This document shows positions 27,371 through 40,815 of a DNA stretch of 64,000 nt, in pieces (position 1 is the stretch's first letter; each line of letters begins with the position of its first letter). The translations under genes were made by a program, and so were the position numbers. The notes beneath the pieces were generated by a model that was given only the letters and a program-made list of their open reading frames with translations, searched no databases and was not told the DNA's origin. This stretch comes from Octopus sinensis (lineage: Eukaryota), in assembly GCF_006345805.1 (NCBI RefSeq), contig NC_043005.1, forward strand, positions 105,586,001 through 105,650,000, given 5' to 3'.

Positions 27371-27970
27371 GGCGGCGAGCTGGCAGAATCGTTAGCACGC
27401 CGGGCGAAATGCTTAGCGGTATTTCGTATGCCGCTACGTTCTGAGTTCAAATTCCGCCGAGATCGACTTTGCCTTTCATCCTTTCGGGGTCGATAAATTA
27501 AGTACCAGTTACGCACTAGGGTCGATGTAATCGACTTAATCCGTTTGTCTGTCCTTGTTTGTCCTCTCTGTGTTTAGCCCCTTGTGGGTAGTAAAGAAAT
27601 AGGTATTTCGTCTGCTGCTATGTTCTGAGTTCAAATTCCGCCGAGGTCGACTTTGCCTTTCATCCTTTCGGGGTCGATAAATTAAGTACCAGTTACGCAC
27701 TAGGGTCGATGTAATCGACTTAATCCGTTTGTCTGTCCTTGTTTGTCCTCTCTGTGTTTAGCCCCTTGTGGGTAGTAAAGAAATAGGAATTTCGTCTGCT
27801 GCTATGTTCTGAGTTCAAATTCCGCCGAGGTCGACTTTGCCTTTCATCCTTTCGGGGTCGGTAAATTAAGTACCAGTTACGCACTGGGGTCGATGTACTC
27901 GACTTAATCCGTTTGTCTGTCCTTGTTCGTCCTCTCTGTGTTTAGCCCCTTGTGGGTAGTAAAGAAATAG
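27371..27970 (+). mobile_element. SINE family A trimer (one head plus three 184-bp bodies)
   Basis: ATTTCG unit starts at 27421, 27605 and 27789. Head GGCGGCGAGCTGGCAGAATCGTTAGCACGCCGGGCG occurs once. Confidence 0.93.
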
Positions 27971-29066
27971 GTATGTATGTATGTATGCTTGTTTGTGCGT
28001 GTACATCTGTATGTGTGTGCTTGTGTATGTATTTCTCAGAACTAACGGTAGCTTCGATTATCCATCAATAAGTGTGTGCTGTGGCGACGATTTTGACCAA
28101 TAAATTGCACAATACGAACCAGTTATCTAAGCTGTTTGCAGTTTATACCTGACAACTTTGGTATTAATGCAAAATGTATCGGGCTGAGCATAAGGAGAAA
28201 AGCTGCAAAAACAACAAAACTGAAATACTCTCATAAAGATATGTGAGCTCATATATATGAACACTCATTTGCGACTGCAAGACATCTTTTGACAACATGT
28301 ACTAAAATACATGCAGTAATACCATTTTTTACACGGAAACTTTTCAATATGCAAAATTTTTCGCTTACTTTTTTTGTGTTGTATGAGTAAAACTCATCTT
28401 ATGAAATCGCACACTAATATTTATATTGGTGTATATAATATATATATAAAAAATTCTTAAGTGGAAATATTTTAGTATTTTTGCTTTGATGTATATAAAT
28501 ATGTGATAATATTTACCTCCTATTTTAAAAATAAGACTTGTTTTATTGACACACACACAAACACACAAACACACATACCACGTATATGTATATGTAAACA
28601 CACACACACACGCCCACAATACATACGCACATACACACACATGCAAATACACATACACACAGTAACATTTTTCTAGGTGCTTGTTACTATTAAGCTGCGA
28701 TGGGATGGTTATTTTCATTTCCGGTTTTAAGTTAATATTTAACTACCGTTGTGAATCTATGCAAGTATGAATGAATGTATGTATGTATGTATGTATGTAT
28801 GTATGTATGTATGTGTATGTGTGTGACTCTCGCCGCAACAGCATGCATGTATATATTTGTGTGTGTGTGTCTTTGCGTCTATGTTTGTACCTCCACCATC
28901 GCTTGTTGTGTTTACATCGCCATTACTTAGCGGTTCGGCACAAGGAATAAGTCCCGGGGTCGAGTTGCTCGATTAAGGCGGTGCTCCAGCATGGCCGCAG
29001 TCAAATGACTGAAACGAGTAAAAGAATAAAAGAATATATATTATATATTATATATATATATTATAT

Positions 29067-29115
<49 letters not shown>

Positions 29116-29797
29116 GTGTGTGACTAGTTTGATAAGTGCCAACACACGAAACTCTCGGACTTTGAGCCACTCTGTTACTTCTGCTAAATATAAACAAAAT
29201 ATAAATATATATATATACTAATGTGCGTATGTGTGTATGTGAGTGTGTGTGTTTGTTTGTATAAAACGAATGATGCTGTTGTTTTTGTTGTTGATGTCGT
29301 CCCAGCCGGGTGTCTCACATAAAAGAAAACCAAACGCAAATGTATCCTCCGTCGTCGACAACACCCCAATTTATTGGTTGTGACATTAAAACGAGGGTAA
29401 CCAGAAACCAGTTAAAATAACATCAGAGCCTTATGGACGAGCTTGAACCTGGGTCCTGAAGCCAAAGAAATATTTGAGGAATTAGTGATACTGCTAAAGA
29501 TTTTTATTTTCCTTCCATCATTTTGGTTATTTATGTATTTTTGTTTCTTTTTCTTTACAAACCAAATGTCTTGAAGCTTTTAAAAGACGAACAAGAATTT
29601 CATAGAATGGCTCCAAAATCTTATGGTCTGCTGCAAAATGTCTTGGATGAAGTTTATTTTCTGAATATGTCGAATTCTTGGAAACTTCACGTCTTAGAAG
29701 AAATAAAAGTTTTTTTTTTGGTTTATTTTTATTTTTTGTAACTTCTTGTCATTTTGTTTTTGCTTTAAACGCTTTAAAACATTTCTTTGGTGGTGGC

Positions 29798-29845
<48 letters not shown>

Positions 29846-29884
29846 TATATATGTAAATATATATATATGTATATATATATACAT

Positions 29885-29918
<34 letters not shown>

Positions 29919-29928
29919 CATATATATG

Positions 29929-29975
<47 letters not shown>

Positions 29976-30034
29976 TATATACATATATATATATGTATAT
30001 ATATACATTATAGATGTATATATATACATATATA

Positions 30035-30066
<32 letters not shown>

Positions 30067-30216
30067 GGATTTTTATGTGTGAATGTATGTATGTGTGTGT
30101 GTGTGTGTAGTTGCTTTCTTTTATTCTTATTATACGTTTTATAAGCTGCAGTAATACATTCGCTTTTCCATTTCGGCACAGTGTAGTTATTACAGTTATT
30201 GTTGCTTTATTGTTAC

Positions 30217-30258
<42 letters not shown>

Positions 30259-30721
30259 CATCATGATCATTATCATGAATTCGTAACATTGTTGCTGTGG
30301 CACTTCTTTCTGTTGTTGCTGCTGTTGTTGCTTCTGCTTCTGTTTCTGCCGTTATTTTTGCTGTGTTGGCTATAGTTGTTTTGGTTGTCTCGTCTCGCAT
30401 GGAATTCCTTGAAACGAGAAATAATAAATGATAGCGCTGTAAAATATGACAAAGCCTAGTACAATTGTCTCATTTACAGATAAATATCGCTAGACATTAG
30501 TTAACATATGTTTTTCTTTTCCTCCTAATGTCTATTGCTGCCGAAGGTGTGTCTCTGCAGTATATCATATATATATATATATATACACGTCTATCTGTCT
30601 ATCTACGTATATATCCATAGACACACACAAACACGTATACACACTCACTTGCTTACCAGGAGGCAAGAATCAATTTATATATAGATATATGAATATGTAT
30701 ATATATACACATATATATACG

Positions 30722-30758
<37 letters not shown>

Positions 30759-31049
30759 ATATACATATATATATATATATGCATATATATATGTATATAT
30801 ATACATATATATATACGTATATATATGTATATATATATATACACATATATATACATATATATATATATGTATATATACACATATATATATATATACATAT
30901 ATATACGTATATATATATACACACGTATATATATATGTGCATACATACATATATATATATGTGTGTATGTTTGTGTATATATGTATGTATGTATGCATGT
31001 ATATGTGCATGTACGTTTCTATGTATGTACGTGTGTATGTATGCATGTG

Positions 31050-31440
31050 AAGGCAAGCTGCGTGTTAAAAAGCTTACTTCCCAACTAGATGGTACTGGGT
31101 TCAGTCCCACTGCATGGAACCGAAGGCAAGTGTCTTCTACTATTGCCTTGGGTTGACCAAAGCCATGTCAGTGCATTTAGTGAATGGAAACTGAAAGAAG
31201 TCTGTTGTATATATAATCTCGTTTTTTCTTTTATTCTTTTGCTTGTTTCAGTCATTTGACTGCAACCATGCTGGAGCATCACCTTTAGTCGAACAAATCG
31301 ATCCCTGGACTAACTTTTTGTAAGCCTAGTTCTTATTCTATCAGTCTGTTTTGCCGAACCGCTAAGTTACGGGGACATAAATACACCAACATCGGTTGTC
31401 AAGCGATGTCGGGGGTGAGGGACAAGCACACACGTGCGCA
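31050..31440 (+). mobile_element. Composite of a tRNA-headed SINE fragment and SINE-like family B
   Basis: GGGTTCAGTCCCACTGC...GGAAACTGAAAGAAG is followed by CTTGTTTCAGTCATTTGACTGC..CATGCTGGAGCA..GAACCGCTAAGTTACGGGGAC. Related pieces occur at about 6200-6460, 20210-20400, 21310-21760, 26660-26760, 28870-29030, 46140-46210 and 60112-60241. Confidence 0.75.
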
Positions 31441-31654
31441 CACACACGTGCACACACACACTCACACACACACACCACACCACACACACACAACACACAC
31501 ACACACACACAACACACACACACACAGAGTTCTTCTTTCAGTTTCCGTCTACCAAATCCACTCACAAGGCAAGCTTCTTACTACATGACCATATATATAT
31601 ATATATATATAATATTTATATATATATATATATATAATATATATATATATTATT

Positions 31655-32097
31655 TATAAATTAGAGAAAAAACACTATTATGTAATTCCAACATTGATAA
31701 ACAAAACCATATCATATAGGAAAATGAAATATATTATAAAACATATATCTAGATAACAAAAAGTACAAAAAAATGAATAAACATTATATAATAAGTAAAA
31801 AGACTACGTACGTTTCGTGGCTATAACTTCAATTCGAATTACAATTAAATTTAGTCCGAAAACAATTCAATTTAAAGGTATAGTCATTCCTCAGGTCAAC
31901 AATAATAACAATAATTGTTAAATAAATACATATTTTTAATTTTTGGATTAAATTTAAATTTAATTGTAATTATTCATTCTTTTAATACTTTTTTGATCTA
32001 GATATATGTTTTATAATATATTTTATTTTTTCTATATGATATGGTTTTGTCTATCATTGTTTGAATTACATAATAGTGGTTTTTCTCTAATTTATAT
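31655..32097. repeat. ~130-bp inverted repeat flanking a hammerhead-bearing core
   Basis: 31655-31780 is the reverse complement of 31970-32097 (e.g. AAAACCATATCATATAG, ATATTATAAAACATATATCTAGAT). Confidence 0.85.
31802..31897 (-). ncRNA. Hammerhead ribozyme motif with long stem II
   Basis: GAC-CTGAGGA-ATGACTATACCTTTAAATTGAATT..AATTCGAATTGAAGTTATAGCCAC-GAA-ACGTACGT-A-GTC: canonical core, palindromic 8-nt stem III, GUA triplet. Confidence 0.7.
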
Positions 32098-32181
32098 ATT
32101 TTATTTATTTATATTCTAAAATTTGATTTAATACTAAATTGAATTTTTTCCCTGTAAATTTGGAGTTTTACTCCATAATAT

Positions 32182-32220
<39 letters not shown>

Positions 32221-32261
32221 ATGTGTGTGTGTGTATGTGTGTGTGTGTGTATACCTAATAT

Positions 32262-32298
<37 letters not shown>

Positions 32299-33654
32299 GT
32301 GTATACCTAATATTATATATATATATATATATATATACCTACCTGCGTTCCTACCTACCTACCTACATACCTACCTACCTACCTACCTACCTACTTACCT
32401 ACCTACCTACCTACCTACCTACCTACTTACCTACCAACCTATCTACCAACCTACCTACCTGTCTACCTGTCTACCTACCCACACATACATAGACAAATAT
32501 ATAAAACCTTCAAATATATAAATATTTATGTATATGCTTTATATGTGTATATGTATACGTAGGCGCGCGCGCACATACACACTCACACATATTCACATAC
32601 ACACATGTACACACAACGGAAGATAGAGAAATACAGAGAAACGTCGAGTAACACGTAGCGAGAATAATGATCAGAGAATAGCAGAAAGAGAAGGGTGAAG
32701 AGTGAGAAAGTAGAGCGAGAGAGGGAGAGAGAGAGAGAGAGAGCGGTGTGAGAAGGGGATAGAGGGAGAGTGGAGAGAGTAGAGAAAGAGAGTGAGAGGT
32801 GAGAAGGAGAAAGTAGGCAAGGCGCATATAGTTTAATTCTTTAGCTGTGACTTATCCCAGGAAAATATCTGTTAAGAGAATGGTGTACAAAATGTATTTA
32901 AGGTTTAATGTTAGCAAATGTCCACTTCCGTTATTAAGCTGTAAGATTATTGGTTAATATGTCTAGTTTAAGATGTTTGAGATGGACAAAACATTTGAGT
33001 GTCCCCAAAGAGCAGTTGCATGTGAACAATAAACTAAACCGCCATGAATTGTCTCCCCATAGGGCAATGTTACGTGAGCATTAAATTGAAACACTAACGT
33101 ATTTCTGTACAAACAGACATGCGATAATAGCAGTTAAGGTATTGGTCTAGGTTTCTCTAGCGTGTCTGTGGCTGACTGTTTGCTTTGCTGAATCATTAAG
33201 TAAACCATAAATCGCAAAACTTAATGGTCGAGACACTGTCAAGACTTTCCAGTGAAAAAGCAACAACCGATTCAAAAGAAGGGCTTGAACTCGCTATTGC
33301 AGTTTAACGAGATGTTCAGTTACATTCAGTGAGGTGGGTTGGACTTCGGGATCCTATGTACAGCCAGTCAAAGCCATTCCATGAGTTCAGTATTTCGAAG
33401 CATGGATATAGCTAGACAAGAACCGTGGATACTTTAATCACGAGTTTGTCCTCCATCAGCTGTCGCCAGTGACTTGAATACTGAATTATCGTTAATACAC
33501 AATAGATTTGTGATAAATACGATACAGCTGGAGATGTGTTCCGCTTTTAATATTTCTTATATTAACAAATTGATAAGGGATTAGTAAAATGTTACTTATG
33601 AGATCATTAACACATTGTTGCGCTATAATTTTCACAACTACTAGTTGAGTACAT

Positions 33655-33685
<31 letters not shown>

Positions 33686-36600
33686 GACGCGTTTACATAT
33701 GTACACACACACATATGTGTATAAATGTTATGAACGTCGAAACATTTGTATGAATAGAAAATTCAAAATATCCTGTTTTTCACAAAATAAAATAAGAACG
33801 TCATCGACTACGTAAGACAACAGCAGAATACTGTAAAAGAACTCTAAATCCGAAACATACCCATAAATAGTGAATATTGCAACTAAAAACAACCTCCTCA
33901 GTACAGAGTACCCTGTAACACGTGTGTCTGAAAAGTTGTAAATAGCGAAAGAATTATGATCTCTTGTTTCCAAATGATTTGAATCACACGTTTTTTAAAG
34001 ATCTTTATATTGTGAATAACTTTTCTAGCCTTATGTCAAAATGTGACTCAAATATGAATAATTTTTATTTGAAGATCTTTCTTCAAATATTATTCCTGCA
34101 TCATGAAGGCTTTCTTTTTCTCACTCACCCTCTCTCTTTCTCTATGTATGTGCATGCGTGTGTTGGATATGTGTGTATGTACATTAGAGTTTGTTTTTAT
34201 TAAAAATGATTTTATATTTATCTGAATGGTTACTCTATACTTTCGTTGTGTACAAATTTATTATTCTTAAACATGAATGTTGTTAACAATGACTTCGAAA
34301 TTTCGTTCAACAAAACAATCGTGGAACTGTGATGTATTTAAGTTTTCTGCTAGCCACTTGATAATATTTTCACATTTGATTCCCAATTCTAATAATTTTT
34401 ATATTTTACGTTTAATTATTTTTGTATTATAGTACTCATTTGCTTAGTACATATTGCTTTCGTTATTTCACCAAAGTCAAAATCTCTCATTTTTAAACAA
34501 ACATCACAGTAGTCCAACAACGGAAGGGGAAGCAGCTTGTCAAGTTTTACCTTCTCCTCAAAGCAACATAGAGATTTCAATCCAGCAGCCCATTTGTAAG
34601 CTTTGTAGTGTGTGTGTGTGTGTGCATGAGAGAGAGAAAAAGATTGGGGAAGAGAGAACATTGTAAACAATGAATGAAATAAACATGAAATGAAAAAATC
34701 GTATAAATAAAAGGGCATTACTACAGATGTATTCGCCACCAACTTTGTTGCCTCATAACATAAAAAAAAAGAAATGGATACTTTTTAACACTATTTTCTA
34801 CAAATACCACTTAGATGTTGTAGCTTCAGTGTATATAAGGATTTATGGGGAAAGAATTTTTCTGAGTGGAAAGATGAGTTTCGAAAAATTCATACGATCT
34901 GACTTTTTTTCCTCATAACTTCAGGAAAATGAGTATCATTTACTAAAAGCTTATACAACTCTCTTTCAAACGGCATAGACTGCGATTATAAAGAAATTTT
35001 TTGGATACATTTTGGTGGAGGGATTTTCCCCATTTTTTTAATCTACAGCCTTCGAAATAATGGGGGGGGGGGGCGGCATCTTTGTTTGAAAAAAATTTGA
35101 AAACTCTTTTTTTTACACCCCCCCCCTCATCATCCCACTCTGGATCTATTTTGGCCAATTTTTTTTGCACTTCAAAACCATGGGAAGAGCATTTTCGGTA
35201 AAAAAAAGTTAATATTTTCAGAGGGAAAAGTGCGTGATTTAAGGATGATTTGGCTGTTGTTACTAGCACATTCAAAGATAACACTCCTCATTTCTTTATC
35301 AGTCTCGGCTGTACTGATGTTTTTCAATATTTTCTTCCTTAAGTACATTTATATGCTATAAAAAAGAAAATTTGAGAAATTATTAATTTTTTGCAACCTC
35401 ACTCCCTGCCCCGATTGTTTCTGTTTAGAAATTAAAGTATTGGAGACCCTGAGAAGGTCATTGCTGGCACTTATCCACAGTGATTAAAAAAAGAGTTTTG
35501 TAAATGATAATTCATTTTAATTGCATATTTTTTTGTTCACTTGATTGAGGTGGGGGCAAAAATGCTGATTGCCATTTATTTCGTTGCTTTTATTCCACCA
35601 ATGGACCATACATGTGTTACTTCGGCATCATCATTCCATAAAATGGAAGGAAATATTGAAAGAAAACATCAATACATACGTAAGTGAAAATAGAGGGTGG
35701 TTTAGGTTGTGCTAGAAACAACAATGAAACCTCCCTTGAATTGTTAACGTTTTCCTCTGAAAATATTTACAATCTTTTTTTTTGTCTTAGCGAAAACGCT
35801 TCTCTCATGATTTTTAAGTTAAAAAAGAAAATGGCCAAAATCGGTCCAGGTAGTTATTATTAAAAGGATTATGGCGTTCCAAATAGCCATAACAATAAAA
35901 TCACTTTTAAACTTTTTTCACAAAAATTATACCGGTATATTAAAACATTTTCATTCAATAAATAATGTTTTTACATTACGTAAACATTAATAGAATAAAC
36001 TGTGGGTTTTCCAAATAGTGAATTAAAAGTTGAAATGAAAACATGGAAATAGAGCGCGAAAGACTTTACAAATGAAAATGGAATACTCCACAGTGATTGC
36101 AATGAATATTTAAATTTGCGAGAAATTGTAGTTAAAAGATTCAATAAGCTTGAGAAATCGAAATTATAGGAAATTTCTTAGAACATGAATTTATAAAAAT
36201 ATTTCCAGACGGTCAACCCTTTAATAATTGCTTTCTTTTAGTACTTTTAGTAATTGTTAAATACCTGATTAATAAGCAGCTTTCTCTATTATAATATAGA
36301 TTTATTCATGTATGTAGAACTTTGGAAGTAGGTGTATATTTAGGTGTGTCCCTATCAGGTCATGAGATTGTTTTAGTGATTCACAAAAATAATGTAGGTA
36401 GGTAGATATACGTACATATGTGTATGTGTATAGATATGTATGTATATGTATATATACAAGGTCGATAAACTGCCAGCCGAAGTGACAAAGTTTCGTATCT
36501 TACTACCGATATTTTTCCGTTCATGCTGAAAACATATAACTTCTGGTCTGACTCCATTTAATTACCCACCGAGATTAGAACATATGTCTGCCCTTCCTAT

Positions 36601-37449
36601 CATCGTCACCATTTGGAGTCAGTTAATTTCTCTCGTCTCATTTCTTTCTCTGAAAAAAAAAGTTAACTTATTTCGTTCACAGCCCACTTAAGAATGTATT
36701 CTTTTATGCGTTTCAGCCCAAAGGCTATGGCAATGCTGGGGCACCGGCAGTGTTATCACCTTTTCAATGGTCATTCGTTTGTGATTATCTTTTAGGAACG
36801 TGATCAGCTTCACCCTGACAATGCCTTCCATGACTTGGCTGACATTTGAGGTTAGAGAGACAGGCCTCTAATTTTTAGCATCCGCTCTGCCACCTCCTTG
36901 ATGGATAGGACATAACTTTCCGGGAAGACATTCAGTCTTGGAAGAGGACTTCTAGTGGTCATGCTGGAGCCTCGTTGCATTTCTTTCGGAGGCTTGTTGA
37001 GAATCTATACGAAATTTATTTTCAATAAACGTCTTTTGTTAAAATTTATGTGCTTAGATAACTGTTTTCTAGCGGACTTTCTCCACTTGTAGTTGGAAAT
37101 GAATCGGTTTTGTAATCTGAGTTCATTTGGTTCAGGTATAATATTTTAAGTAGTCATTGCTTGGCATATTTGATTAGTGTTTCTTTTGCTGATTGTTGGA
37201 GTAAGGAGACATTTGCTTGTAGCATAGGCAGATAAATAAATAGCTGAATAGATAGTGAAAGGATAGAAAGGAAAGAGAGAGGGAGAAAGAGAGAAGGTGA
37301 ATAGCGAGAGAAAGAGATAAAGAAGGGACAAGAGAAGAAGGAATAAAAAGAATGGTCGAGAACGGGGTGTGAGGAGGTGATAAAATAACTATAGATTAAA
37401 TTACTTCCAGTAATGGTATCAACATCGATTGTCATAACTTTAATGGAAA

Positions 37450-37482
<33 letters not shown>

Positions 37483-37483
37483 G

Positions 37484-37518
<35 letters not shown>

Positions 37519-38144
37519 GCTACTGCCGCTGCTGTTGCAGTAGTAGTGGTGGTGTTAGTAAGAGTTGTTGAAGTTCCTCTAAAGTTAAATAACGTACTTT
37601 ATGTATTGTGAGCAATTCGTTGTTTCTTTATATCTGTGCATCCATTCATTTGTCCTTCCTGAACCACCGGCTCATAGGACCGGTTTCCCAGATTCAGTGA
37701 CCTATATATTTCCCCCGGACAGAACGCCGATCAGTCGCAAGATTTCGCCCCCACCCTTTTTTGTCAGCTGAGTGAACTGGAGCAACGTGAAATAAAGTGT
37801 TTTGCTCAAGAACGCCAGACAACGCCCGGTCCAGGAATTGAAACCACGATCTTACGATTATGAATGCAAGTCACGTGCCCCCTTACAGTTACATATATAA
37901 ATAGGGGCAATATTTATTCATTTAATTATCTATTGCACTCAGAAAAGGCCCCATCTTGTGTAAAAAACACAAACACGCAAGATGGCGCCATCATCACGAT
38001 TACCATCGGCATCAGAGACAATCATGGGACCGTTGAGGGGGAAAGCCGTTCCTCCCACCAGCCCTCCTACAGAAGAATATTCCCCCCCCCCCCATATCAC
38101 TCACTCCCAGCGACGATGACGACAACAGTAACAGTAACAGCAGT

Positions 38145-38515
38145 GGAGGCGCAATGGCCCAATGGTTAGGGCAGCGAACTCGCAGTCGGAGGAACGCGGT
38201 TTCGATCCTCAGGCCGGGCGTTGTGTGTGTTTATTGAGTGAAAACACTTAAAGCTCCACGAGGCTCCAGCAGGGGGTGGTGGCGACCCCTGTTGTACTCT
38301 TTCGCTCCAACTTTCTCTCACTCTTTCTTCCTGTTTCTTGTTCCTGACTTCCTACGCAACCGCTGAGCCTGGATGCGCATTCATCCATCCGTCGATGCTC
38401 TCGGTGTTGGGGGGATGACCTGCTTTCTCTTCTGCGGGTCTTACGAATAGCAAAGGACGACGTTTCGGACTTCTCCCATCTTGCGAGGTCTGGGACGAAG
38501 ACCGTTCGCTCAACA
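38145..38515 (+). mobile_element. SINE family C
   Basis: Co-linear with 19112-19496. Confidence 0.88.
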
Positions 38516-38529
38516 GCAACAGCATCCTA

Positions 38530-40022
38530 AGCAATGTGAGAGCTCGCGAGAGCTGTGTGCCTTGGGTATGTGCTGTGGCTTGTTGTGGTCCTCTTATTTT
38601 CAAAGTATTGAAACTGTTTTGCGTAGGATGTGTGCAGTGCCCAGTAGTGCAATTTACTGTATGTTATATATGTTTGTAAGTCCTGGTGTTTTTGTTATGT
38701 ATCTGTCTGAATATTTTTTTTATTTTCGACAAGTCGGGGGTTTAACAACTCAGCCTGGAATGCCTTTGTCGAAATCACTGCAACACTTCTTTGACGGTGA
38801 TACGCATGGCGTTATCATTATGTCATTTGGAAATGCTTTCGAGAACATAACGGACAGAATCTCAGCTCTCCTACTGTCTACTTTACAACGCCTACCACAA
38901 CACATCCTTGTAAAAACAAACACAAACAAAGTAGATGGCAATGTGAAAAAATGTGCCCACTATATTAGGAATTGTTTCTGTTTTTAGATTCCACATTCGA
39001 TTTACCTCTATTTCCAGGTCTTTGTATTTTGAAAATTTCTCCATTTCTTTTAGAGACACATTGTCATCTGCCGGTATTGATACATCAATTAGAAAGCATT
39101 TTTTCTTCATAATCTCTGACAACTATATCTGGTCTGTTGGCCTTAATTTCTCTATCTGTGTGTATTGGCATATCCCCGAATATGGTTGTTTTCTCGTTTT
39201 CTGTGACCTTTTCTGGTGTGTGCCTATGCTATCTTTTTTCTGTTGTTATTCCATAGTGCTGGCATAGCTTCCGATGAATATAGGTCCCAACTCTGTCGTG
39301 TCTGTGAATATATTTCTTTCTTAACCAGGACTGGCCAGCCAGAGACAACATGTCCATCTCCACATATTCTGCATTTACTTGTATTTCTTGTCATTACAAG
39401 TTTGTGGTAATTTCTGATGGGGAGGCTTTGATATTGTGCTGCACTTAAAAACCCTTTAGTCTCTGCTTTGACTCCTGAACCTCTCAGCTATTATTGGGGT
39501 TTTCTGTTTAGTTTAACCCAGTATTTGCCGTGAAGGGACTTTTCTTGTCATCGTTTTCTCATGATCCGTTGCTGTTCCAGTTTTGGTTTGGATTTCAGTT
39601 GTTCTACAGCTTTTGTTGTTTCTTCTTTTCCTTCACAGTTGTTAGGTATTACGACTTCTATTTTGTATTTATCAGCTCCATTAAAGACTGAAAGCAGTTT
39701 ATTGTTTTGTTCGTGATTTGTGGCTATTTGTATTAGTTTTCCTTGCTTCTGAAGTAGGTATTTCTGTAATTCTGTGGTGGTTATTTTGCAATAGTTTTCT
39801 AACTATATAAGGCTTCTACCACCTTCGGTACGTTGTATATATATATAACCTTTCTATGTCAGATTTTGGGTGGTGCATCCTAAATTCTATCAGTATTTTG
39901 TTTTGTTTTCCTGTCTATTTTGATTTTTTCATTTAGAGTCCAGTTAAGAATATTGTAGCTGCAACTTATAACTGGGACGGCTAGAGTGTTGTACTATCTG
40001 TAGTAACGTTTCCAGCTGTTTA
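38530..40022 (-). mobile_element. 5'-truncated Dong/R4-clade non-LTR retrotransposon (interrupted by a UGT fragment)
   Basis: Minus translation gives HHPKSDIERLYI..EGGR, KAETKGFLSAAQ.QSLP.RNY, CRICGDG, CFLIDVSIPADDNVSLKEMEKFSKYKDLEIEV.RMWNLKTETIPNIVG. After the insert it resumes KKYSDRYITKTPGLTNIYNIQ.IALLGTAHILRK. Confidence 0.9.
38726..38950 (+). pseudogene. UDP-glucuronosyltransferase (UGT family) coding fragment, ~75 codons, no stops
   Basis: QVGGLTTQPGMPLSKSLQHFFDGDTHGVIIMSFGNAFENITDRISALLLSTLQRLPQHILVKTNTNKVDGNVK aligns with the UGT segment FVGGL..KPAKPLP...F.....GV...SLGS......A..ALA.IPQKVLW. No other UGT part is seen in the window. Confidence 0.85.
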
Positions 40023-40023
40023 T

Positions 40024-40143
40024 CTTCTTCTTCTTCTTCTTCTTCTTCTTCTTCTTCTTCTTCTTCTTCTTCTTCTTCTTCTTCTTCTTCTTCTTCTTCT
40101 TCTTCTTCTTCTTCTTCTTCTTCTTCTTCTTCTTCTTCTTCTT

Positions 40144-40213
<70 letters not shown>
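40024..40213. repeat. (TTC)~50 followed by (TTA)n microsatellite
   Basis: Direct reading; source of the poly-K and poly-R ORFs. Confidence 0.98.
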
Positions 40214-40214
<1 letters not shown>

Positions 40215-40218
40215 CATT

Positions 40219-40777
40219 GAGTGAGAGAGCAGTGCATGCCATCAAAGTGACACTGGGGTAAAATATACGAAGCCCAGTATACCCATCATGACTACCCGTC
40301 TGATAACGGTACACTAGGCACATGCATCACAACCATATGTGCGCGACATGGTGATCTCATATCAAGATAAACAGCACATGACCTTGCAGGTAGGACCCCA
40401 CTTAGAATTTTCTTCAGGTCGAGTAGCCCATCCCAATCAAAAGGTCCCTGAATAAGGGTTGTTTAAGGATGTTGAAAGAACCACCCATGTTTCCAGAGGT
40501 GAATCATTCAAACCCCAAAGAATCCCTCTCAACACATGGCTATGATGCCCCCCCACTACTTCTGCTCGTGATCAGAGATGCACATATCGTCAACCACTAA
40601 GGGGCATGCTCAACTGGTTAAGGTCAAACAACTGACAAGCAAATCTGTGGTATTGAGCAGAATATTTGCTGTAGCCCATCTTTTATACCAAGACTAAACA
40701 GTGTACATGATAACACTTCCAATCAGTTAAGATCAGAAGCCATGAGAGCCACTGCCCGGTACTGCATCAGGGCATTT
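40219..40777. mobile_element. Non-coding ~560-bp interspersed element, copy 1, flanked by (ATT)n
   Basis: Closely repeated at 40816-41359; no recognisable ORF. Confidence 0.75.
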
Positions 40778-40815
40778 TATTATTATTATTATTATATTAT
40801 TATTATTATATTATT

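Noticed and set aside
34900-35960. Possible large DNA-transposon subterminal region
   Set aside because: It looks repeat-like, but I could not define TIRs, a TSD or coding motifs.
38481-38987. 168-aa ORF as an intact gene
   Set aside because: It is a chimera of SINE tail, antisense LINE and the UGT insert; only 38726-38950 is protein-like.
39994-40323. Poly-Lys / poly-Arg ORFs
   Set aside because: Produced by the (TTC)n repeat.
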